A DNA stretch of 63,996 nucleotides, the filler included, from Choristocarpus tenellus KU-1152 (taxonomy: Eukaryota; Protista; Phaeophyceae): the NCBI GenBank assembly GCA_964200185.2. It is 8 parts of 8 records of this genome, joined end to end, with 100 filler letters (N's around TTAATTAATTAA, not from the genome) between each part and the next. Parts side by side here need not be neighbours in the genome. Positions count along the whole stretch, not along the records: positions 23,013 to 28,176 come from CAXNAD020011648.1; positions 28,277 to 50,821 come from CAXNAD020000284.1; 6 more parts are not named here. One strand, given 5' to 3'. Under the pieces are notes generated by a model that was not told where the DNA came from, ran no database searches, and saw nothing but the letters and a program-made list of their open reading frames with translations. A program made the translations under genes and the position numbers. Below, one piece after another: positions 26,001 to 36,600 of the stretch. The stretch's first letter is position 1; each line of letters opens with the position of its first letter.

Positions 26001-26708
26001 AATAGAAATCTCATACTTCTGAGGCAGTAGGTGGTGGGGCAGGGATGTGCTCCGAAATTCAATTCTTTTGGTGCTCCATGCCCTCATGGCTAGCATTGAA
26101 GTTGAACACTATTATTTTGAGGGTTAGGGTTAAGGTTAGGGTTATTATCTGGTCCAACCATGACAGGCATGTAAATATCCACAAACTTGGATTGGAATTG
26201 TCCGCAGTCCATTTTTTTCTCACCTCATATTTCTGAATTAACAATCGATACGATATTTGCTTGTCAGGATTATGACTACTGAAATAATGTCATATTGTGC
26301 TGCTTGGAGTGCAGTTGAGTAAGCTCTTAGGAGCCATTTCCGGTTAGATTGCCTTGACAATTGATGCCTTCGACAACTTGTCCATTCCCTATGGAGTGGC
26401 CATTTGAGAAGATGCGCTGACTATCGGCCACCTTGTCACACTTTCCTGACATGCCAACAGTTGCTGACACAAACTGACAGACATAAAGTGTGACTTCGGT
26501 GGTGATAACTTTACATGGAGGTGATCCTTTTTGTGACAGTAGCAACTGTGCACTGGTAGAGTACTACGCTCTTATCGCCTCGGCCGGATATTGTATGTAT
26601 CCTCCCTGTATATTGTATGTATCCTCCCTGTTTTTCCCCTCGAAGTGTCTCAACTGCATGGTACATTTTGGTATTGACCGATAACTTGCTTGCCCTGGTG
26701 CTGTGCAG

Positions 26709-28044
26709 TCGGATGAGCTCATGGCATTGGACAAGGCCACAACTTCTCTTCTCAATGTGGGCATAGGTTTCCAGGAGGAAGACACAAGTATTTTTGACCT
26801 GGTTAAGGGGTCCTTGGACGAGCTAGTGTTGCGGTTGAAACGGGTTGGTGCGGATGACAACATGACAGGCATTGTGGAACAAGTTCAGGTAAACAGATCA
26901 GTCGGTTTCGATCCCGGGCTCTGCAGTTGAATTGTGGTGTAGTAAGCATGAGGATTGCTCTTTATGTTCTTTTAGTTTACTTTGGAGACTCCCGACTGAT
27001 GGGGAGTTTGCTTAATTGAGCTCTAGTTGAATGAATATTTGGGGTGGGAACGGGAAGATGCTGTGAAAAACGTATGTATATATATATTTTTTTACGTGGC
27101 ACTGTTCTTGGTGGGTGCTGTTCGGTCTTGGCACTTCATTGTTGCTGACAGTACACCGGCTCTCTGTGATCCTCTGCTTTGGTTGGTTGGTTGGTTTGTG
27201 TTTGGAATGAGTACGTTGGTTGGTTGCTGATGAGTGTGATTATGATGTACCTCTTTTTGGTTATTTGTGTTCATGTCTGGGATATAGCCTGATATCTTTT
27301 CATGGCAATCGTCCCATGTTTTGTTTGTGACAGGAGGTGAGGAGGAGGCTGGGTCTACCTGATGTAGTGGCTGAGGAGGACCAAGAGGTGCGTCTCTCAG
27401 CACGCCCATGTCGCTGATGAACTCTGGTTGTGGATGCTCATGATTGTGCATGTATTAACACATACTGTATTGACTACCTGTGTACAGATTTGACTGTGTT
27501 TATCCTCTTGTGTAAGGAGGGTAAGCAACATGTGCTAGCTGTTCAAACAAGATGTCAACAGCAGATGAGACTCCCAAGTATTTTGTTCAAACAAGACGTC
27601 AACAACAGATGAGACTCCCAAGTATTTTGTTCAAACAAGATGTCAACAACAGATGAGACTCCAAGTATTTGCCCTCCTCTCCCTGTGTCTCATTCTTGAC
27701 TCTGTTTTTCTACATTGCCTAGCTAACCATGGCACTGAAGTTACGTCTCCACCGGAATAATTGTTACGGGAAATCCATGCTTAGGGTTAGGGAAGGTTCC
27801 CGGTGCTGCTGGTGAAGAACAGAACTAGTTGTGCCAGGTGCCTTGCCCCCATTGCTTGGGTTGTGTGTGCAACACATGCTGAAGACAACGATTTTATGCA
27901 CGCCGGTTTCTGTTTGGTTTGCAGGTGGAGGAGCCTGATTCAACTTATGCACTCATGAGTTGGCAGGTGGCATCTCTTGCAAAGCCCATGGATTTGATGA
28001 AGAGTCAGGTCACTCCTAAGCAGGGCACTGAAGGGAAGCGTAAG
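26709..28044 (+). CDS. Hypothetical multi-exon protein, internal exons (5' exons probably from about 23871, not resolved)
   Basis: Phase-0 exons 26709-26888, 27334-27387 and 27925-28044: SDELMALDKATTSLLNVGIGF...LDELVLRLKRVG...EQVQ|EVRRRLGLPDVVAEEDQE|VEEPDSTYALMSWQVASLAKP... Confidence 0.55.
27541..27670. repeat. Tandem repeat, 44-bp unit x about 3
   Basis: GTTCAAACAAGATGTCAACAGCAGATGAGACTCCCAAGTATTTT repeated head-to-tail with no spacers. Confidence 0.9.
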
Positions 28045-28176
28045 GTGAGAGACCTTTGTCCAACCCCTACCCCCTAACCTTAACGCTATATCAAAGATGA
28101 TTCTGCTGATGGAGAGGTCTGTCTGCTCGGCCTTTGTTCTGCGTCTTGCATTGGATGGGAATGGGGGGGGGGGGGG

Positions 28177-28276
28177 NNNNNNNNNNNNNNNNNNNNNNNN
28201 NNNNNNNNNNNNNNNNNNNNTTAATTAATTAANNNNNNNNNNNNNNNNNNNNNNNNNNNNNNNNNNNNNNNNNNNN
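28177..28276. other. Artificial contig-joining spacer
   Basis: N44-TTAATTAATTAA-N44. Confidence 0.97.
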
Positions 28277-28665
28277 CAATATACATACACAATACATACA
28301 CAATACATACACAATATACATACACAATATACATACACAATATACATACACAATACATACACAATATACATACACAATATACATACACAATACATACACA
28401 ATACATACACAATACACATACACAATATACATACACAATATACATACACAATACATACACAATATACATACACAATATACATACACAATACATACACAAT
28501 ACATACACAATATACATACACAATATACATACACAATATACATACACAATACATACACAATATACATACACAATATACATACACAATACATACACAATAT
28601 ACATACACAATACATACACAATACATACACAATATACATACACAATATACATACACAATACATAC
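28277..28665. repeat. Minisatellite of mixed 11-bp (CAATACATACA) and 13-bp (CAATATACATACA) units
   Basis: Directly visible; truncated by the contig start. Confidence 0.95.
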
Positions 28666-30094
28666 TTGTGCCTGTGCGTCCGCTATTTTTCATTAGGTCT
28701 AATTTGGTATGTTTCTGTTCCTGGCAATAATTCTGATGTGTTGTGTGTGTTGTGTGTGTTGTGTGTGTACGGTAGGAACCTTTATCACCGACTGTATTTG
28801 TTTGTTTTTTTGGACTGTTTTTTTGTTTCAATGTGATTGGTTACATTCAAAGTAGTCAGTGTTGTAGCTACCGTGAAAGAGATCATTTGTTGATGGTATA
28901 TTTTACGAATTAACAAGCCATTATTTTCATCACGTTAGGGTAGTTTATTCTACACTGGAAAAAGCATAATTAATTTTGCCTGTATAATGTATAGCAAGAA
29001 AATTTCCACTTAAAATTTGAATACCAAGACAAAAACCAGCAGCTGAACCAAAACTCCAATTATGTTTTTAATTTATTGCAGTATACCGTTGGCCATCATA
29101 GGTCATACCATCATACCATCATACCGACTGCCAGTCTCATTTTTGTTGAGAATACCTAACCCTAACTCTAGTATCTGCCGTGGAGTGAATGGAGCAATTT
29201 CATGGGTCAGTGTGATAGCTGTGTCTGATGTGTCTGAGATGTCTGCAGCTTATGTGCTTATGACCGGCATGTAAAATAGATTTTAGGGTCATTGCTGTTA
29301 TTGTCTTCTCCAGAGTATTTGGAATACTTCTTGATACTTCTTGGTACTTCTTGGTACTTCTTGGTACCTGTTGAGTACGAAGTTGCTGTTGCTGGGGAAG
29401 TATGGCGTCATGGTATTATTGATATCAGTGTGTCTGTGGTTCTTTCGAAATTTCAAAATTATTATTATTATTATTAGCCATTACTTTATTTCTCATTTAT
29501 GTACTGTTCCTTGAACTGTTCCTCTATCTCTGTACCTTACCCCTGTTGTAGACAGGTTGTGATAGTGGATACCTGTTACGAATTTCAAGTTTTTAAAGAT
29601 GGCTTTTGTTGTGTGGATGATTGGATACTTGGATACTTGGATAAAGTGTTTGTCTTGCCAGCTATTGTGTGAGAGGTCTTCCTTTGTCATTATTTTGATG
29701 ACAGTTTGGCTTGATGTTGTGACTTAGGGATAGGGGTTGATGTGACCTAGCTCTGCTTGTGAGGCTTTTGCCCCAACTGTAGTCGCCACCCTTTGAACCA
29801 AATTTTATTTTATTTTTTGCTTATTGGTGATATATTAAAAAATTTAGAATCAGAGCTCTAATTCATTTTTTAATTTTTTAATCATGGACATATTTAATAA
29901 TAAAATCATGTTATGGTAGTGTTGACTTTGTGCCAAGTAGTTGACAATTTAGTGTGTCTGATGAGTGTACTTCCAGAAGGTCATTTGTGTAATAAATAAT
30001 AACATGTCTGACATGAAAGCAATGTGTTTGGATTTGTTGTTTGTCACCTTCCTCTCTGTAAGCATGCTTGGAGGGGAAATTGATGAAGTACATT

Positions 30095-30175
30095 CATACA
30101 TACATATGTACATACATACATACATACATACATACATACATACATACATACATACATACATACATACATACACAT
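30095..30175. repeat. (CATA)n microsatellite
   Basis: Directly visible. Confidence 0.9.
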
Positions 30176-30610
30176 ATACATTCAACCAAAGGAAATATCT
30201 TTTCTACATTATTATTATAAATCTAGATCATGGAAAATATACATACTTAAAAAGAAGAATTGGTCCACTTTTGTGGATGGGTTACCTGCTTAGTCTGAAA
30301 TTTTGTGTGATTTTAGGAGCATGGGATGTATATAGTGTAACTCTTTGTAGTGGATTCATAGAGCAATCTATGAAATTTATATTTAGTATCACACTTTGTA
30401 GTGGATTCATACAGTAAATCTATGAAATTTTGAGCTTTTTGTGGTTGTTGAGGGATGAGATGAATGGACTCCACCTTCCCCTCCCCCTGTTGGCATTTGC
30501 ACCTTGCAAGTACACCCTCAGTGCTTTTCAGTATTTGTGTTTCATTTCCTATGTGCATGGATGGCGTGTTGCAGGCACGTGTGTTTCCCATATTGGAGTC
30601 ATACTCACAG

Positions 30611-33600
30611 GTGCATTCAGTGCTGTGGATGCAGGACGTACAGGACTATTTCTCCGCCTTCCCAGAACTTGTCAAACCCATAACAAAGCACAGCACAGCA
30701 AGAGTTGTCGACAGCAACAATGCCAAGAGTGAGAGTGATGAAGGCACAGGCAGCATTGGGGGATTGGGGTTGACTACAGAGGGTAGGGACGGGGGAGATA
30801 TCAGGGCTAGAGATGCTGTTTTGTGTTGGCTGAACAGTGAAAGAGTCTCCTTCAAGGATATCCTGGCTAGGGCAAACCCAGAGGAGAGTTTTTCTTGGAG
30901 GAGAACGCTTGAGGATGGACTGCTGGATGAACGAGGTCCTGCAACAGAGCCTGGTGACTCTGTGGCGGGTGGCTCTGTAGCAGTACCTGGAGGCCCTGTG
31001 GCCAGCCATGGGTAGGAACATGGGGTCAGGAAGTAGGAATGTGTCTGTTGAATGGTGAACAGGTTGTGTGGGGTGTGTGTTAGGATTAGGAAATTGTGTT
31101 TTCATTTTTTTTGTTGATTGAGAGTGTTGGTGATATGGTTGGGGTTAGGGTTTGCTGAGAAATCAGTGGTGTGCAAGAGAGAGAGGGCGCATGGTCAGTC
31201 TCATTGGATTTTTTGTTTGAGACTTATGGTAGTGGTATGGAGTAGGGTTAGGGATAGGGTTTTCGCACTTTAATAAATATTTTCTCACCTCTTGTTTCTG
31301 ACTTTTTAAAAACCTGGTTTGATGTTGAATGATGTTGAGTGGTGTTTAGTACTTCAAAACTAAAAAGAGATATTTTGATCTAACTGATCTTGGCTATGCT
31401 GGGCTGTCCAATCTCACAGCATCTTATGTAGTTGGACATTAGTGGTTTAATTGAAGTGACTTCGTGAGTTTTTCTTAAAATTTATTGTACTATTTTAGTT
31501 TTTAACCACCATTCAGCAGCATTTTTTGGTCTTTCTGCCAGTACCGAACTATTGTGATGATGATGGTAATTTATAAGGAAATTTCTTTCTCTTGGAAGGT
31601 GTAACATTAGACGATATTTTTTGCATTATTATTTTTTGGGGTTAGGGTTAGGGTTAGGTGATAGGTACATCCTTGTACTTGATACCATCAATGCTGACTG
31701 CACTGTTGTATCTGACATGATATCATTCCACATCTTAAATTTTTTACAATTTTTATTTGAGGTTGATGATACCATTAATGCTGACTGCACTGTTGTATCT
31801 GACATGATATCATTCCACATCTTACATTTTTTACAATTTTTATTTGAGGTTGATGATACCATTAATGCTGACTGCACTGTTGTATCTGACATGATATCAT
31901 TCCACATCTTACATTTTTTACAATTATTTCCACCACCCTTCGAAAAACAAGAACTATGATTGGATTGAAGTGCAACTTGTTCAACTGTATGGGTTTGCTT
32001 TTCATATGGTACTGTGATCACCCCTCAACTGACTGGGGTTATTAGTGTTAGGGTTATTTTCATGTATTTATCACTATGTGATTGTTTTCCATCAAGTTAT
32101 TATTATTTTATATTTCTATGTTCGTGGGTATATTGTGTTATAACATCTTGATATTCTTGGTGTATGACTCCTGAAAATATCGGTATTGCCTACCTATGTA
32201 TATGCATTGTATCAATCTAAATTCATTATTGTATCAATCTATATTCATTGTTGTATCAATCTATGTTCATTATTGTATCAATGTTCATAAATTAAATATC
32301 CCTTTTTTTGTAGCATCAAACCAAGTGCACTATGTTTGCTGAAGCATCTGGGATGAGGATATCACTATGTTTTAAGGGTACTCTCTGACTAACCTGACTA
32401 ACTTTATTATTTAACTTTATTGTGACCAACATTTTTCAAAAAACACAAACCACATCTGTGTATTGCCCTTTTAGGGTTTAGTCTGTTTTGATTTCATTCA
32501 GTTTACAGAAGCAGGTAGTCCTTGTCAACACCCCCTTTTTCAAACGTCTTGATCTTCCTTAGATAAGTAGAAGAACCCTAACCCTTAGATCTCAGAATTG
32601 ACCAAAGCAAACATCTTTTCATGTGATTTTCACTCTTATGTGTGGGTATATATTTGTTACATATATTTGTTTCTTTTTTTGATGTGGTAAACCTCTAACG
32701 GTTTGGATCTTTCTTTTTCAGATCTTTCATGCTTTTTATAGGGTTAGGTTTGATATGATATTTATACCATTTTATCTTGTATTTGATACAATATTTACAC
32801 CATTTATCTTGTCTTTGATACGATAGTTTTACTATTTTATCCTGTCTTTGATGCGATATTTTATACCATTTTGTTTTGTATTTGATACGATATTTATATA
32901 CCATTTTGTCTTGTCTTTGATATGATACTTACACCATTTTGTTTTGTCTTTGATATGATATTTGTACCATTTTGTCTTGTCTTTGATATGGTATTTATAC
33001 CATTTTATCTCGTCTTTGATATGATATTTATACCATTTTATCTTGTCTTTGATACGATATTTACACCACTTGAACTTCTCTCTTCAGCTGAAAACTGAAC
33101 TCATTCATGACCTCATGTCTATTAAAAAGAAGAAAGACTCGAATAAGACCAACAACTGAAATCCTAACCCTAACCCTAACCCTAACCCTAACCTATCAGC
33201 TTTCTTCTGTGTGTGCCTGTGTGAAGGGCCTATAAATTATGTTGTGACTCTTCCAATGATAAAGAGTTAAGACAGTTTTTGCATTTCCAATTCCTACATA
33301 CGCATTCGACTAGATATTAGCAAACTCAAAAGATATTTTTTTTGTGCATCCAAATGCAATACTTTATTTAGCATGGTATAATTTGAATTAGTAGGGTTAG
33401 GGTTTCTAATAGTATTTTCTTGGCGTGGGATCTCTCTCACCCAATCAGATGTTCAGCATCTCTGCATCTGCGTTCTTGAAAGTGAACATTTCACTGTTCA
33501 CTCTGCTCTTGACCCTAAACTGGCTCTTTCTGTTGAATGTGGATGTTTCTCTCTCAAACCTCTGGAAAACCATATGGAAACATGAATCATGAAGAAAAAT

Positions 33601-36600
33601 GTGATTTAGCATAGTACATATTCTTAAGAGAATTAGGGTTAGGGTTTAAATCCATATGCGTGTACTAATTTGATCGTGTGAAGTTCTTGTAGTGTATTCC
33701 TTGGCATGTTTGTTGATATGCCCTTTCGTCTGGTCTTGAATACCTTAGAGTACCTTGTTTGGTCGTCAAAGCCTCTCTTTTCTGTACCTTCAAGAAGGGA
33801 AAAAATATTTGTTTTTCTTGACGTGACAAGTGGATGCAAGAGCCTCTGTTGTTCCTTGCCATTGAGATTATGGTCAGGGTTAGGGTCAATTAAAGTTAGC
33901 TTAATATAAGGTTGAACTGGGATCTATAATAACATCAATGATAATATAATGTATAATTTTGGTAACAGTGATCACACAGGCCAATATATATATTATTTTT
34001 TCATGCAAGCTCAAAATCCTCCAGATGGAATTGAGCTCATAAGTTGCCTTTGCCAGGCAGTCTCCTGACTATCGGCACTAACATTGTTAGAACTACTGAT
34101 ACTGTTATTATTTTTGGTATTACTAATTTCAAATTATTTTCAATATGCTTTTATTACTACCATTGTTACCAATGATATTGCCACTCCAAGAAGCCTAGGC
34201 AAAGGTAATCTTGCCTTGATTCATTTTGTTTGTATATTGCCAGTTCCCCTTCTACCACACTGCAGTAGTAGTACTTAAAAAAAGCTTAGTGGTAAAGTTA
34301 CCTGGTACAATTGTTACTATCACAATACTTCATTCTAATAGACACTGGTTCCTAAAGGCTAGGGTAAGGGGTATCATGAAGTCTTAGAGTCAGGGTCTGG
34401 GTTAATTCTCTCTATTTTCCTGTTTGGGTTAGGGTTAGGGCTGGCGTGAAGGTACTTGTGTGGGATCGTGGAGATGCTGCTACACCTGTTTCATAAGACA
34501 GCTATAAATGCAATATTGTATGCACATCTATTTTGTACTACTAGAAAAGTTCACAGGATGACGGAAATATCCGTATGTATGACAAGAAGCTATGATGCAT
34601 ACACGTGATTTACTTTGTTCCTGTTGGGGTTACTCTAGTGGTGTGGAGTGTTTTAGGTGTAACGTTTTGATTTCTTTTAACCAAAAGATTTACATGGTCT
34701 AGGGTTAGGGTCGTGATTGTTGAACCTCTTCCAGTGTGTAGGAGGTACATGTATGTGTGGGGTGTGGTGATTGTTCATTTCTCCTTTGTATTAGGGTTAG
34801 GGTTACTTATTTTGTACGAAAGGCATTGCTGCACCACACATTGAAGAACTTTTGCTTGAAATGTTATACACAGTAGGTTTGATGTTATGCTATTCTGAGA
34901 CGGGTGAAATGTATTGTTACACCCAAGCATACTGCGATGATTGACAGCTTTCATGGCAATGCTCTTGGGGTCTTAACCTATGCAGGGGCACAACCGCAAC
35001 AGTGCTGCAATCACGACTGGGGTTAGGATTAGGGTTAGGGATTGAATTTGCATCAGTTCAGAATTTCATCGCACTCTCTTATTAGTCTCTTCCACCTAAA
35101 GATGTGTCAGGCTTCACACTTTCTGTGTGTTGTCTCACCTTGCTGTCATACCCCACCATACTGTTCCAACCCTGTACCCTTTTTTGTCAGGGTTGACCAC
35201 CGAGCGAATTGCGCTAGTGTCGACGTCCAGGATGAGCCTTGTGGTGGTTCTGACAAATGGGATGCAGTTGTTGTAGCCACTCGGACACTTCAGGAGTGTG
35301 GTCTATGGATGGAAGCGCTTTCAACCCTGCGGAGGGAAGGAGAGCTTGCTGGTTTGTGCCTCTACACCCTAAACCTCATGGTTTCATGCAGGAGTGTTGA
35401 GAGACTGATTGCAGTCTGTGCCTGTGCATTTCAATTTCTCTACAGTTAGGGACTTGGTGCTTTGTTGGCAGACTGATCACCACCTGTACCTGGGTTCTTT
35501 CCAGAACTCATAGAGATGATGGTTCAGAACTATGAGTTTCATCTCGCTGACCTCTGCTGTGCATAATGGACGTTGGTTGGATACTATAATGTATTCAGAC
35601 CCTTTTCCCAGTGAAAATGATATCGTTGGTTCCACTCCGCTGCAATTGTTTCCTACTCCCCCCAGCTTGCTCGTAGGCGCCTGAAGTAAGCTGTATCCAA
35701 CTTTGTGTCGGTGCTCTGTGTCTTTATCCTCTCCATCAGTGGTGACTCTTTTTTCACAGGTTCATTTTTGCACCATTGATGGCCCTAACCCCAATACTTG
35801 AACAGACTTCTATTGGTAGTACTCATTGAGTTGAATGTTAGTTTGCTCTTGTTTACGAGAGGTGAAGTATGACACTTTCATGGTACTTGAGACTACAGTG
35901 CTTACATACAGTTAGTATGTGTAACATTCTAGGCCTTCCAAGTAGTAGAGATGACAGAGTACTAGAAGTAGTAAGAATTGTATCACCCTCGAAAGAAACT
36001 CCACTTGTATTTCGAGTTGTTAATTTGCTAAACAATTTTGCTACTCTTGGATATTGGGCACTTCCTATGGAGTATCCAAAGGGAATGTACAGGACTCGAA
36101 CATCACCCCCTCAGTTATGATACAGTGCTACCCTGGCTTTTGCTCCAAGAAGTATGACAAGGCTTAGGGTTAGTCTGGTACTTGATTCTAGAAGTATACA
36201 TTGCAAATGCCCACAATTTTCACTCACCTACCACCCCCCCCTGCCCCCCGGTTGTTGCTCTACTCTCCCATACACACTTACTGTTGAGCAGATGACACCT
36301 CCACAATGTGTGTGCCACCTGCAGACCCCCCTGCCTACACTGCCCCCCTCACCATGGAAACCAACAAAGATACGACTGGGGGATCTGCAATCAAACCAAC
36401 AGCCCCCTCTCCGGGGTCCAACCCACACACTACCTCTGAGAAGGAGTGTGTCTACTCCTGGGAATCTCCTTTGAACCGTTCCTGGAATGGTCCACTGGTA
36501 CTGAACGCTGTGGTATCTATCTTGGAGAGGTACAGTGCCCTTAAGCGTGGGTATTTTGGGTCAGAGACGAGCTCCATGGCTGTAGCAGGGATGCGAGTCC

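Noticed and set aside
23871-26640. Candidate 5' exons of the contig-3 gene, including a Tubby-like VTCLIRRR stretch
   Set aside because: Could not find one phase-consistent chain; left unresolved.
27541-27670. CRISPR-like appearance of the 44-bp array (also the 33-bp and 87-bp arrays)
   Set aside because: Head-to-tail units without unique spacers, eukaryotic intronic context, no cas genes.
28221-28831. Three overlapping Cys/Val/Tyr-rich ORFs of 143-200 aa
   Set aside because: Translation of the 11/13-bp minisatellite running into the N spacer.
29965-30417. 150-aa ORF with HTYI repeats (likewise 63018-63751)
   Set aside because: Translation of (CATA)n/(TATG)n microsatellites in introns.
31621-32021. 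ORFs with 29-aa repeats on both strands (CKKC motifs)
   Set aside because: By-product of an 87-bp unit (a multiple of 3) in an AT-rich intron; no splice or start support.
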